64,000 nt of DNA from Flectonema sp. DT1601 (GCA_964019425.1 OZ025787.1:868001-932000), one strand, 5' to 3'; numbered from the stretch's first letter, positions 22,882 through 37,939 are shown. Notes: a model not told the origin generated them from the sequence alone. Program-made: numbers and translations.

Positions 22882-25800
22882 TTACAATTCTTCATCGTCT
22901 TTTTCAGTCTCTTCAGAATGCTGGAATGACAAGACATCATATTCTTCATCTGAATGAAGACTTGCATTCTCACCTCCAGTATGAGTTACTGAAGGACTAC
23001 TTCCTGCTAAGTCGGGGAGGGTCTCTAATTTCGATTCAAAGAAATCACCAGAACTACCAGGTCGCTTCAGTGCTGGTATAGGACCAGGTGGTTGACTTGG
23101 TCTCATAACTCCTTGCTTAGTGGGAGGCTTTCCAGATGGTGATTGTTTTGGTCGTGGAGCTGGACTACTAACTGGTCCTTGTGATGGCGGATGAGCCAAC
23201 ACTGGATGAGTAGAAGCAAGTTCAGGTTGTGTTGGTGCAGTCTTTGGAGGAGATAGAGCAGGTAGTCTAACCTTGTTACCGATGGTATCACTTGATTCAC
23301 TACTTTGTGGATGATCACTTCCCACACCAACTCCTGGAACAGGTGCAGACAGTGACATCCGTTCCCTTGAAGGTGATGTTTGAATAGTAAAGTCACTGTC
23401 ACTACGATTCCTACCTCCACCGACATCTGCTCTCGTTGAGAATTTCAAAATTGTATTCCTGGCACTGCTCCCCGACTCAGTTTCAACTTGTACCTGAACT
23501 CTGTAATGAGTATTCGACTTTAAGCTAGTCAGTTCATATCTACAGACCTTTGATGTTCCAATAAGTTGAACGGGTCCTTCTTTCTCTCCAAGTAGTACTT
23601 TATATGTTACCTTTTGCTGTTGTTGTATTTTAGCAACTTGGGAACTGCTGGTGGTATTCTGTGCAGAGTTTTGTGATTGGATGGTCGGCTTTGCCCATTC
23701 TAACGTTGCACTACTTTTACTTAAAGAAGTAATGCAAAGGTTTAAAACCGCATCTGGGGGCACAGCCGTTGTAAATGCAGCAACCGGAGAGTACTTCGAC
23801 CACAGATGAACTGGTTTGTCCATTTTACAACACTTTACTCGGAACCTACACTTAGTAAGAGCTGTTGTTGTTTTTATTTTAGCATACGTCTCAGAGACAG
23901 TATCGACTACTTTCCATTCTAAAGCACCTTCAGTAGACGGTACTTGACCACGTTCTTCTTTCTTTAGACTTCGGTCGGACTTGCTCACAGCCTGTTCTAC
24001 GCAATATAAGTACCTCGTGTAGACATCAGGTGGTTCCCAATCGAATGCGATGTAGTTCGAATGAGCCTTCTTAAGGACAGGTTTACCTGGTGGGAGTGGA
24101 GGTGTTTCAAATATCAGATCAGTCCACTCACCCCACTCTGACTTATCGTCTTGAGCTCTTACACAAACACTGTACTCAGTGTTGACACAAAGATCATCAG
24201 TAGTGCAGTATGTTTGAATGTACTTATAGCGATTCATTTCCATGTCCCTTTCTATACAAACTTCGTTATCGATGTCTTCAAGACCACCTTCTGGAGCTTC
24301 TTCTTGATGGATGACTGTTTGAGTGATTTTCTTTATAACTAAACTGTACTTTGTTATAGCACCTTTCCACACGACTAGGTTTGGGTCGTAAGTGTGTTGT
24401 GCAGATTGGACACCTCTTCCCCATGTGAAATCTGCACGATCTTCGCTAATATTTGAGACAGTAAGCCCCAACTGGTTTAGTGTTAAGAAAGTTACAGGAT
24501 TGGTCCATAAACCCCACTCATCGTTTCCATAACAAGCTCGCAAGGTTAGAATGTATTTCGTGTCGGGTTTTAATAAGCGAACAGTGAAGAGGCCTTCTGT
24601 TTTACTCAACTCTTCAAGAGAGACTTGCTTCTCATATTGAAGATCATGTGATGTTACTACGACATGCCATTCTGTTGAAGGAACAACAACACCAGATTGT
24701 AAACCTGCTTGTGGTGGTTCTTCTCTTCCCCAACCTACTGTTATATAATTTTCTCCTATCGAATCTAACTTTACGTTTAGTAACGGTAATGTCAATGCAG
24801 TTCTTTCTTCCGACCAAGATCCCCATTGTAGCTCAGAGTTTGCAGCTCTTACAATCACAATGTACATTGAATTCGGATTTAAACTCGTCACCTGTATTAA
24901 GTTTTTCATTCTTCACTAAGATAATGTACTCTCTTACTTTAGTAACAAGAAAATTGAAATACCTTAAACGACGTAACCTCACCTGAAAACTGCTTATCAA
25001 CAAGTGGAGCCGACGGTGCGTGCTCGGCAGCAAATACACAAAGGTGATACTGTTTTGTTGTTGTGTTTTGGTTGTGCTACTTTAGCTGTTGTCAAAGGCA
25101 TCAAATAAATTAATTTTTAGGATCTAAATAACTAACTCGGGGGATGTTCAGAACGAAGCTGACTCGGGCGCCGTTATGATACTCTGAGGACTCTTTCTCT
25201 CTCACATGATATGCGAAGGATTTGACAATCCCAAACAAACTATTCGCACGTTTGTCTCTTGGCTCCACCTTAACACTAAGTGAAGCTTATTGAGAGATGC
25301 TTCGTAGCTGACTCGGGCGCCGTTATGATACTCTGAGGACTCTTTCTCTCTCACATGATATGCGAAGGATTTGACAATCCTAAACAAACTATTCACACGT
25401 TTGTCTCTGGGCTCCACCTTAACACTAAGTGAAGCTTATTGAGAGATGCTTCGTAGCTGACTCGGGCGCCGTTATGATACTCTGAGGACTCTCTCTCTCA
25501 CATGATATGCGAAGGATTCGACAATCCCAAACAAACTATTCGCACGTTTGTCTCTTGGCTCCACCTTAACACTAAGTGAAGCTTATTGAGAGATGCTTCG
25601 TAGCTGACTCGGGCGCCGTTATGATACTCTGAGGACTCTTTCTCTCTCACATGATATGCGAAGGATTCGACAATCCTAAACAAACTATTCGCACGTTTGT
25701 CTCTTGGCTCCACCTTAACACTAAGTGAAGCTTATTGAGAGATGCTTCGTAGCTGACTCGGGCGCCGTTATGATACTCTGAGGACTCTTTCTCTCACTTG

Positions 25801-28800
25801 ACACGCGAAGGATTTGACAATCCCAAACAAACTATTCACACGTTTGTCTCTTGGCTCCACCTTAACACTAAGTGAAGCTTATTGAAAGATGCTTCGTAGC
25901 TGACTCGGGCGCCGTTATGATACTCTGAGGACTCTTTCTCTCACGTAAACCACAAAAATTGGTTTAGTCTTATTGTGATTGTGTACAATCCAAAAGTACT
26001 AAAACTTCCCAAAACATAACATTAGAATTGTTGCCATTAGCGCTGTCAACTAAGCTACTGCTTCTGACAGCTTTCACTTTTCTAACAAAAAGAGGGGGAA
26101 ACTTCTGACCTAAATAATATAAACTAATAACAAACCTTAGTAACTGTCGCCTCTGGTATTGCAGGTGAAGGTTTGTGTGTATATTCCTCAAGTAGTTGAG
26201 GTTCACGTGACCAATGAATGTTTATGAATTGTTCAGCTACTTTACCAAATGAAACTGTTATTGGTTTCAATGTAACAAAACACCCTTGATCAGACCACAG
26301 ACTCCAAACATTGTTCGCATCACAGGAACGGACACGGACAGTGTAGACGGAGTTCACTTCAAGACGTTTAACTTTATAGGTCGTTCTCGTTGACTTAAAT
26401 TTCTTATCAGAATGAAAGGGTTGTTCAACTCCATACATTTCTAAGTGATAGCGAGAGACATTAGCACTGCTTCCAACAAGTGCTTGGATATCTTTTAGTT
26501 GTTTTTGAACTCTATCCCATGATAGCACTACATAGTCTTCACCAATATTATTTATAGTAATCGACAGCTTAGGTAGTGTGATCAGAACACATGGTGCACT
26601 CCATAAGCCCCACCTTCCATCAGTACATGCTCTTACCATAACTCTGTAAGCAGTTGCTGGTACTAAGTTGGTGACTCTGAATGCCGTCTCATCAGGTCCG
26701 AATTCATGATCAATATGAACAGTTCCATCAGACATGTCTTTATTCTTACCTGAGACTTCTAATTGATCTATAGTGACGTGGTATCCTTGTATTTCAGGAC
26801 TAAGTGCTGCAACAGATGATGGAGGGAACATCAATGCGTTAGTATCACGCTCCCACCGAAGAGAAAAGAAATCCTCCGCGATTTCATCAATCGTCGCTAC
26901 CATCGGTTTCAATGTCGCGACGTGAGTTGCTTCACCCCAAATACCTGGACAGCTTTCAGTCTCATTCTCTGATCCAGAGTCTTCAGGTGGTTGTAGTCCA
27001 GTTGTTTGAGGTGTTTCGGTATCGAGTTCTTCAATTTGATCACTTTTGTTATCTGTTTGCTGTCTTTTTTTATATGAGATTGGTTTATACCAATGACGTA
27101 CCTCAACTCTGTGGATTTGGTTCGGTTCTAAGTCGTCGAATGTCATGGAAGTCTGGTCAGTAAAGTCTTCAGCAACAACAACTTCTTTATCTTCTTGAGT
27201 AACATTTGTAATGCGGTATTCCCAACGGAGGGTTTTTTCAAGTCGACCAAGATGCAACTCTGCATCACCCCATTGCGGTTGATAAGTATGATCAAGTCTG
27301 TGCCATTGAGCTGTTAGATAGTTCTCACCTGCTTGAACAGCTTCTACAGTCACAACATTTAGTGTTGCTGTTGCGACACTTGGGCTGGGGGTTCCCCAGT
27401 CGTCATCTTTGTAGCTTGCCCTTATTGTTACCTGGTAACGTTTGTCTGGCAATAAGTCTGTTATTGTATAAGTTTGAGTATCATCATCGTTAGTTACGTC
27501 TGTTGACCATTCCCAGCCTTCCTGTGAACCAAGAACACTTATAGTAACCTCGTACTTATCTATATCGGTCTCGGGTGATACGTACACAGCTGCACGTTCA
27601 CGATCCTCGTCAGCAACATAACCAACTGCTTTTTTTGCTTGATCAGGTAAATGTCTCCACCAACGTGTTTTAATGTATGATTCGCCAACTGCGTCAATTT
27701 CAATGTTTAATAATTTCATTGTATTAACCTCAGCTTGTTTAGACCAGGCACCCCATTCACCTGCTGCATTACAAGCTCTAGACTCAATAAAATATGTTGT
27801 GTTTGGAGTTAAATAATTAATTACGTATCTACTAAGAGAACCAATGAAGGTTTTATCTACGAGGGTGGCTTTTCGATCATCGCTGTTCCACACCTTTAAG
27901 TGGTATTGCATTGTTCTTTCTTGTGATATGACGAAGTGAACATTTTTAGTCCGTTGAGGATATTGTTCTTGTTTTTGAACGTCGCGTCCCCATTGAACTA
28001 CCATGAGTTGTTCTGTTGTTTTAATTGGAAAGACTCTCATTTGAGTTAAAGTAACAATCTCCATTGGTAATGAGTACAACGACCATCTATCTTTTGGATC
28101 TCTAGATCGAACACTAAAAGCGTAGACTTGATTCATTTGAAGTGAAATAATTTTCCAACTTGTTTCTGAGGGAGTGAATAACTTTTGTTGTCTGAAATGT
28201 GATTCCGAACCTCTTCCTTGTATCTCAGCCTCATACTGTTCAACAGATGTGTCCCCTTCATGAACATAATCAAGTCGTGGATGTTTTCTATTGTGTTGTC
28301 TTGACCATGACACAGTAAAGTTATCTTCTCCTACTAATTCAACATCAACATGAATCCTTCGCATTGTTACAAAGAGGCAGTCAGGTGACCAAACTCCGAG
28401 TTCGTTGCCGGATGTTTCCGCCTGCACTCTGATGTTGCAAAATCTGTCAGATTTTAAATTTTCGATCACAAGTGAAGAAACAGTCGGATCTAATTTACGA
28501 GTCATTCGATACCTTCCATCTGATCCAGTTACTCCTTTTTCTGATTCTGCGACAGCTGCTTCTAATTCAGCTAGTCGTTGTCGATCTTCAACTTCTTTAC
28601 GTCGTTGTCTTCGTCTGTGTGCTGCCATTTGATCTTCTTCGTCTTCTTGGGAATCGGTGTCTGTGTCTGAGTTGTCTTTCTTTTTAAGTTGCCGTTCTTT
28701 TTCAGCCTCTTCGGCTTCTTCTGCTGCTCGCTTTGCAGCGGCGGCTTCACGGAGTCGTCGGCGTTCGACATCTTCTGGGAGGTCGTTGTCATCGAGTTCT

Positions 28801-31800
28801 TCAACGTTGAGATAATAGGCAGTAACAGAAACAGGTATCGATACCATTGAAGGATCATCATATTTAATACGAGGGGTCATCCTCTCCCATGCTACTTCTA
28901 TCCAATTCTCACCAATGTCTTTAACTGCTGCTACCATTCTTGATAAAGTCATACAACATCTTTGTGGTGACCATAGTCCCCAATCACCTTTTCGATCCCA
29001 TTCCCTCACTGCTAAAGTATATTTCATATCGGATACCATTCCTGTTATTCTAAAACTGTTGGTGTCAACAACGTCGACTGATTGCTTCTTCTCTTCTATG
29101 AGTCCGTTATTCTTGTTTTCCATTTCATAAAACATACTAATTTGGTAGTGATGACCAAGTCCTTGTTCTGTTGGTGTGGTTAACACTGATGACATGTCTT
29201 CTCCTTTTAATCTTTTGTTTGGGGCTCGTTTCCAGTCGAGTTGGATAAAAGATTCACCGACATAACTAATTGATAGTTGAAGAAGGTTTTGAGTCATGAA
29301 TTTTGTGGGAGTTGACCACTCTCCCCACTCAGTTCCATAGCTAAGGGCTAGTCTAACTACGTACATGTGATTAGGTGTTAGGTTAGCTACTGTGTAGAGG
29401 TTTAGTGTTGCTCCTGAGTCATCAGTTGCTGGTAGAACTCTGTCTTCAATAGTTCCATCTTCTGATATAACTCTAAGGAAGTACGATGTGATTGTAGTTC
29501 CTTCACGAACATATACTTCACCTCGTCCTTCTTTACGTTGTTCTGATCGTTCACGTTGTTCTCTAACTCGTTGTTTGTTTGCTTTTAATTCTCGTTTTGC
29601 TTTTTCTTTACCCGTTGGAGATGATTCTGATTTCACCCAAGTCCCGCCTGTAGATTCTGACTGTTCCCTTTCTAATCGTTCTTTTTCCTCTTGTTGTTTT
29701 CTTATCTCTTCGTATTCACGTCTTAGTTTGTCTTGTTGTTGTTCTAAAAGAAGTTCATTCTTTGAAGGTCTATACCAGTACAAATTAATATAATGTTCTC
29801 CGAATCGTGAGTTACAGAGTTGTAGCGGGGCGAGTGTTTCCGTCTCTTTTTTTGGTGACCACAGGCCCCAATCTCCCTCAGCATTACGAGCTCTAACACT
29901 AAGTGTGTATAATACATCAGCATGAAGACTTTGTACTTTAAAAGAATTCACTTTTTGACGGAGTTGGAGATCAAGAAGGCAATGATCAGCGTCATCATCA
30001 ATCTCTTCAATTAGTTCTACTTCGTCAGTTATCAAGAGATCGTCTTCTACAGTTTGATCAACCTCTTGGTCCTTTGCTTCACCCTTTGTCTTAGCCTTCC
30101 TTCGAACCTTCTTCCCTGGAGCTGCTGCTGTGTCACCCTTTGCTCCTTTCTTTTGGTCTCTTCGTGTTCTTGCAGCAGCGACTTTTTGTTCTCGCTTGCG
30201 TCTTTCTTCTTCTGCTGCTTGTAAGAAAGGATCATCTGGTGGAAGGCAAAGATCAGTAGGTGCTGGAAGTGGATGACCAGACTCTCCCCAAATTCTAAGT
30301 CGATAAGCTGTACAGTGTCGAGATGCGACGTTTAAATTGTCAATTTGAAGATGTGCTTCCGATGATAAGTTTTGTTCAACTTCTTGTCTTCGATATGACT
30401 GCTCGTGATCATCATCTTCAACTTCTTGATCTCCTACTTCAAGTTCTCTGAGTTGCTTTTCTTTTTCACGTTCTTCTTCAACTCTGAGAAGTTCCTGCTC
30501 TCGTTTTTCCGACATTCGGTTTAGGATTATTTCATACTTTATTAAGTTTTGTGGTTCTCTTCCCCAAGAACACCAAATAAACGATTCGGTTACTTTACTA
30601 ATATCGATCGTTATTGGGTTTAGGGTTAGTAGAGATACTTTCTCAGACCACATTGACCAAACTTGAAAAGTATTCTTTGATCTAACTGAAACACTATAAA
30701 GTTTATCAGGTTGTAGTCCCGTCATTCTATATGATGACACTACTGATGACAGTGTCATATCAAAGCTTGCGTCATTGCAGAGGCCTTCTACAAGTAGTTG
30801 GTATTCTACAACGTCGTAGTTGCCTGTTTTTTTGTTTTGTTTTTTTTATTTTCCTGACGATGTAATGTAAAAATATAAAACAAAAAAACCATACCTGTTC
30901 GAAGCTCACTTTCTTTATCGCTTCTGTCATCGTCGTTATCCTCAGCTTGTGATGACTGTTCTGAAGGGCTTTCAGTGTTCATGAGCCAATCAACTGTTTC
31001 TCTATTCCAAGAGAGGATCACATTGTCTTCGTTGATCATTTCTATAGACACAGAAAGTAGTTTCATAGTAACGTATTTCAGAGGTACAGACCAACCTCCC
31101 CAATACTCTCCATCAGTTTGACAACGTACTTTTATTGAATAGAACTTATTGGGTTGTAAGTCAGTTATGTTCCATTCCGTCTCTCCTTTTTTAAATGATC
31201 GAAGTAAATGGAAAGAATCATTTGTTCGAGATTGACCAGTTTTTTGATCAATTTCTATTTTATTAACAGCTACTTGGTAGAGGGTTGAGTCAGCTTCAGA
31301 TTTCACTAATTCCAAGTCGACTGGACCAGTTCTTTTTGTAGGAACACGTTCCCAGCTGACAAGAGAAAAACATTCTCCCAAATCTATTAACTTTAATCCA
31401 ATAGGATCGAGTGTTTGAACTGTTTTTCTCTCACACCACATTCCCCAGTTGCTTTCAATGTCTTTTTCTCTGACGTCAACTCTGTACTGCGTCCCTGGAT
31501 GCATATCCCAAACTTCATATTTCGGTTGTGAAACATGAAAATCTCTCTCTGCTGATGCTAAGTCAGCATCACCCTTCTCTTCCTTATCCGGGTCGTGTTG
31601 TTTTTTCCTCGGCTTCTCATCTACCAGTGGTGTTATTTTCAGCTGATAATTGTGAACAGCATTTTCAGGAGGGAATACCCCGAGGTGAGGAGCCATTAAA
31701 TTATTTTTAGGTCGATTCCATGTAACCACTATAAAGTCTTCTCCTATATAAGAAACATTAGTTTTTATTAGTGGCAAAGTGTATACAGTTTGTAGTTCTG

Positions 31801-34800
31801 ACCAGAATCCCCACTGACCTGATGTTGATAAGGCTCGTACAGATATGCTGTAGCAGGTGTTTGGTTCGAGGTCAGCTATTCGTTTGGCTAATTCATCTGC
31901 AGGGAGTTCGAATTCAGAATGGTTGTCACTCCAACCAACTTTATTACCATGGACTCGTACTATCCATCTCTGAACTTCTTCACTTCCAACAGCTACATCA
32001 TCAAGGTCTTCATCATCATAACGTTGTGATTGAGGTGTTGCTACTTCAGTCTTTTGGTCTCCAGGATTACTCTTCTCATCCTCGTCTTCCTCAACTTCTT
32101 CTTCCTCGTCTTCTTCCGCTTCTTCTTCTTCCTCTTCTTCAGTGCCTGCGGTTGTTACGAATCCGAGTTGATCAAGGTCCTTCTTTCGCTCTCGTCTTCT
32201 TCCCCACTCCAAATGGACGAAGTTCTCCCCAACCTTTTGAATTGTAAGCTCTACAGGTCTTAATGTTATGAACCTCCGAACTGGAGACCAAAGACCCCAT
32301 TCGCCTTCAGCATCTTTCATTCTGACGACAACTCTGTAGACGGTGTCTACTTCAAGACCTTCCACTTTACAACCAGTGACGTCAGGGGAGAGATGACGTT
32401 CTACAACTATTCCTTGTCGACCTTCTACTTTCACATGATATTCACTAACATCTGATTGACTAATGTAAGCAGTAATAGGACCATCATCACCAGCTATTTG
32501 ATTTGACTGAGCAACAGGATCTGATAAACCATCTCTACCCCACTCAACAGAAGCATAAGCTTCACCTAAATCTTCAATAGTCAGGTGGAGTGATGGTAAG
32601 GTGTGAAGTCGTGCTTCTGGAGACCACAAACCCCAGGCTTCATTCTTATTACAAGCAGCTATCCAAACAGAGTACTCAGAATTACTTGTGAGGTCTGGTA
32701 CCTTGAACTCAGTGCAGGAAGGCGGAAGGTCGAAGAGTCTCACAGAATGAGGATTACCTACTTCAGCTATCCGTAATCTATATTTTAAGACAGTAGTGTC
32801 AGGGAGGGTAACGTTTGCTATTCCGGTAACGCCAGCGTTCTTAGTCGGACGGATCCATTTTAGAACAGCAAACTGTTCTCCAATATTACCAAATGAAATC
32901 TGAAGTCTGTTTAGAGTTTGAAAGTGAAGACGAGACCACTGCCCCCAAACATCACAACGAGAGAACGCTCTGACAGCAATTTCATAAATCTGATTTGGGG
33001 CAATCCCTTGTAAGGCAAGACATCGTCTAACATCACCAGGAACTTCTTTCGTAAATGAGAAACCATCATCACCCTGACAGCGAATTTGATATCGAAGTAC
33101 ACTTGTGTCAACAGAAACTACTGAGTTCACTGAAGGCTCTTCTTGAGATTGAGATGCTTCTCTTGCCCATGATATCCACAAGAAGTCTTCACCAATACTT
33201 TCAACATCTATTGTTAAGCCTGCTACAGTTTTAAATGCCTTGTCTGGTGACCACAATCCCCAATCATGATTATCATTATATGTCCTTACTGATACCCAGT
33301 AGGTAGTAGCAGGTCTATAATCCTCTATAGCTAAAGTAGTACTAGGAGTGTCTATGTCGTAGGTCACTACTTGTCCTGCTGGTGATTTTACTTTTACTTG
33401 TGATCTAGTAATAACTCCTCTTCCCTTTGCAATCTTTGAATCAACGACGTGCTGGATTGGTCGTTCCCAAATGATTCGAGCGAAGTCTTCACCAATGGCG
33501 AGGAATGATACAACATTTGGTTTTAAAGTAATTAACTTCTGTATTGTTGACCAGACTCCCCACGGACCTCCATCAATACGAGAACGGACAGCCAAGCAAT
33601 AGTGAGTGTCGGGTTTCATGTTAGCGACCGTGAATGGGACTTCAGCTGCGTTGTCGGATACCTCTGCTTCGATTACTATTCTCATTTCAGATTCTGAGTC
33701 ATCTCTCTTCTCTTCTCCAGTATCATCTAATGTGACGACACCCATACCAGCCCAAGATAACTGTCCTTGTGTGAGAGGTCCAGATAGGTCTGGTGTTGTT
33801 ACTCTTAATTGATAAATTGGTCTTCTCTGACCAAAACAAATAATTAGTTCTTCTTCTCCTTCACCTGTTGGTATTAGCTCTCGAGATTGTTCTGGTCGCG
33901 ACCATTTTATATTCGCAAACTCTTCTCCAATCAATAAAGTTTTAACATCAATTAGCTTCAGAGTGAGGCAACCCAAAGGACGGGACCAAAGACCCCACTC
34001 ATCGTCATTATAGTTTGCTTTAATAACGACTCGGTAGCGCTTATCTGGTCGAAGGTTGGAGATGTGATATGGGCTGTTTGATTCTACGAGTTCAGCGTCG
34101 AATGTAAAATTATCTTCACCTGTAACTCGTAAGTGATACCTAGTAATGTATCCCCTGCCGCTGGGGTATCCTCGGTTTCGTTCATCGCTCTTCTTCCGTT
34201 CCCATTTGACAACGATGTAATTTTCGCTAATTTCCAGAGTTCTCATCACAATCGTAGCTCGAGTTTGAAATCTAACATCACAAGACCAAGTCCCCCATTC
34301 TCCAGAAGTATTGCAACATCTCATTTGAATACTGTAAGCAGTCGCTGGTTTCAAACCATAAACTTTTAAGTCTCTATCAGTTGCAGGTAGAGTCCTATCT
34401 AAAGCATACGAGTCATCTAATCCACGAATTCGTAACTGTTGACTAGTGACACTGTAATCCCCCTTTTGAATTCCTTCTACCAATACTGGATGATCATCTC
34501 TTCCCCATGTGAAATGAACATAATTCTCACCAATGCTGAGATCGGAAACCGGTACTACAAAAGGCGCAACAGTACAGAATTTAACTGGAGCAGACCAAAG
34601 ACCCCATATTCCTGTTTTAGTAGAAGCGCGTACCATAACTGCATACTGCTTATCGGATACTAAGTCAGGTATTCTGTATGATGTATGAGAAGGGTTTAGC
34701 ATCCTATCAAAAACATATGTCGCATTGTTTAGTAAAGGAAGAAGGTCTTCTCGAGTAGTTGAAGCAGGTGGGTCATCAGAGTCGCTGTTGTCTTGTGGAG

Positions 34801-36922
34801 GAGGTAGTTGACCTTCGAAGTCATCATTGCTATAAAGTAATAAATGAAATCGAGAAACAAAACTATCAGCGCCCAATACATTATCCAGTCGGGTTGAGGC
34901 AGCTCCTGTTGCTTCTCTCTCCCAAACAACACGAGCGAAGTCTTCACCAACTTCATGACAGCGAAGGACAACAGATGACAAAGTTCTAAAAAAGATATTA
35001 CACCACAGTCCCCATTGTTCTCTTTCATCACAAGCTCTTACAGCTACAGAATATGTTGTATTCGGTGCCAGTTGAGAGACTCTGTAACTTGTTTCTAATA
35101 GTTCTTTGTGGAGGATGTTATCTTCACCAGACTCAACACAGCCAAGTATTATTTCATACTTTAAGTCGTACCACGATCCACTCTTTGGAAGAGATCCAGG
35201 CTCATCTGCTAGTGCTACTGATGTCTGTAAAGCTCTCCTCCATGATAATTGAACAAAGTCTTCTCCGATATCAAGCAGCTGGAGGGCAACAGGTCTTAAT
35301 GTAGTCATCACTACTGGGTCAGACCACAGACCGTAACAGTCACCAAGACTGCCTAAATCTTGCACAGTTCTGATCTTTATAGTGTATTGTGTTTCTGGTG
35401 TTAGTTTTGGTATACGATATCCGCTGGAAGAACCTTCGTAAGTGGTCTCTAAAATAGTATTTTCAGTTTCAGTCTCTGTAACTAAAAGTTGGTATTGCTG
35501 CGGTTTATCATCTTCAATGCTACTGTTTGTTTCAGTAGTAAGTAGCTGCTTACCCCATACTACAGTTAAAAAGTCTTCACCTCTCTCCATGCAGGATACT
35601 GTTGGTCTGGCACGCGTAGTAAATTCAGTACCCTCACTCCAAGGACCCCAAGTATCTTTACAACATGCTTTCACAAAGGTTTTATAAGTAAGGCCTGGTG
35701 AAACATCTGAAATCAACAATTCATAATTATCAGCTCTTACTTGAGGCATATCAACTGTCTTGTCAAGATTATATTTATGACCAACTCCCAGTACATTTAT
35801 TCTATAGCAAGTGTCGTCGGTATCGTCAGACTTATCTTTTCGACCCCAAGTAAACTTCGCAAAGTGTTCTCCAACTAGAGAAGTTTCAGCACATGGTTTT
35901 GAACGTGTTGTTATAATTAAAGGTTCACATAGAACTCCCCAACGTGCCCTTGTTGACATAGCTCTAAGTCTTATTGAGTAGGTTGTTTTAGCGAGTAGTC
36001 CTTGAAGGAGGTGTGAAGTTTCTGATGACTGAAGTTCAACAGATTCTGTCAGTAGATTATTACCTCCTCCTTCAACTATTATTTCAAACTGTAGTGGCTG
36101 CAGAGTACTTTTCTGGTACGCACTGTCTGGATCCGAATCCTGAGGACATGCAGCTCTACTCCAATCGATCATTAAGAAGTCTTCTCCAATATGTCTGGCA
36201 TACAACTCATAAGCACTTTGAGTTTCAAACCGAAGAGACTCTTGCCATTGTCGTTGCTGACCAAGTAGAGTTTTCCAAGAGACTAAAACAACATATCTCG
36301 TTGCTGGTGTTAGTCCATAGACTGTGTAAGTTCTCACTCCTGGTTCGAATTCTTGATGAAACTCTACCTGCATGTCTTCATTACGAAGAATCTTTAAGCT
36401 ATAACCTTCCATTGATCGTACACATGCTGATAGGTCAGGATCTCTCTCTGGTGTATGATTTACTTCCATTGGACGTGGTGGTCTGTCCCATCTAATCACA
36501 ACGTTGTCTTCTCCAATTGCAGTGCACTTTGTTACTACCTCTGAGTACATTCTGAACCTTCCTGAGCTGCTGGGTCCCCATTTGTCAAGTACAGAGTCGT
36601 ACATTCGGACTGTGAAAGTATAAGACTTGCTTGGTCGTAGTTTTACGACTTTGCTTCTTTTGTGTGGTTGCTGAAGTACCTCGTTGAATATAATATCATT
36701 TCCGTCATCTTTTATTGTTAAATTCCACTTTATAATATCTTCTGTTACTCTCGATACGAATCCGAGTTCAACAAATATTTCACCAACACGAACCACTACT
36801 GCATCACACGCTGTGCGAGCTCTCTCTGCAGCACTCAAGGCATTTGCTGCCGCAGCACTTTGACTGCTATCTTTCCCAGCAGATTGAAGCTCTGGGGGAG
36901 GACTTGCTGCTGCTGAAGTCAT
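22882..36922 (-). CDS. Giant (~4270 aa) fibronectin type III repeat protein with ~33 FN3-like units; exons 36922-30895, 30823-26136, 25049-24963, 24891-22882
   Basis: Three GT-AG introns (30824-30894, 25050-26135, 24892-24962) join three ORFs and an 87-nt exon in frame (12813 nt in total). The repeat signature is GE[DN]F..W.R...L.P.T.Y...R....WG.WS. Confidence 0.88.
25157..25944. repeat. Second tandem array (~5.3 units, 147-149 bp) of the same repeat family, inside FN3 gene intron 2
   Basis: Anchors at 25261, 25410, 25557, 25706 and 25853. Near-identical to 835-3243 and in the same orientation. Confidence 0.97.
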
Positions 36923-37172
36923 CTTATGTTAGCGACATACTTAACTGAGTAGATGTGTTGTAAAATACGAATCATTATTTTAAACCGCTCTGAAATTATA
37001 TTTGGAATTAGTCGGGTTTTAGGAGGTTTTAGAATTAAGTTTTTTATTTTCAATTCAGTTCAGTTTTTTCCTTTTTTTTTCAATTATCAAAGACTCCGAG
37101 CGTGGCGCATCCAGCTAACAATCTACCAGAAAAAAAAAACAAGAAAACAAAGGGAGGAAGGAAAGGGAAAGG

Positions 37173-37448
37173 AAGAAAATACGTTTCGTTACCAACCTAC
37201 ATAACAAACACGGGAAGCCAGATACTACACAAGAAACTATTACAGATATCCAGTATAAAACTTCATCATATCGTCATCATCATTTACTAATAGATATATT
37301 ATATTAATAGTTAACACACGACAACGACTAACGTAATTCACTTAATCGGAAGTGTTATACAGGATAGTAATGGTTCTCACATGAATAAGATTTAACATAC
37401 CAAAGGGAAAGAGTTTCTTCGCAAAATCAATAAAACGTTAAAGGGAGG

Positions 37449-37479
<31 letters not shown>

Positions 37480-37903
37480 CAAGTACGTGCTGCTGGGGGT
37501 CGCAGCTCCTCCTATTAATTTACCATTTTTTTTTTTTTTGTACCACGTTATACGTTTCACTGGAAATGTGAAGAACTCCGTAACTATTCCTCAAGTGAAT
37601 ATTCGCTGCCTCAAATTCAAAACTTTCTTTGAATTAGAAAGAAGTACTTGCTAGGCCAACAATTCACGTCAGGTAAAGTAAGTGTAAATAGAGTTCTTCT
37701 TTCCAGGGAATTTTAAGACAATAAGAGTAATACGATTTTAAAATGGTTTCTATTATTTTTTTTTATTTTTTTTTGTAATTTTTTTTTTTTATATGCGGGT
37801 TTGGGGGGAATGACATTAGAACTAATGTAGGAACAGTAAAACTTTAATATACTCAAAGATAAAGTACCAAGGTTAAAACTAAGATTTGGGTTAAAAGAAT
37901 AAA

Positions 37904-37939
<36 letters not shown>

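Noticed and set aside
25202..25713. 71-aa ORFs in the repeat array
   Set aside because: They depend on CT-microsatellite length, hit stops in the 147-bp units and lie inside an intron.
30758..30900. Programmed frameshift or stop readthrough linking the FN3 ORFs
   Set aside because: A 71-nt GT-AG intron restores the frame exactly, and the same applies to the other ORF breaks.
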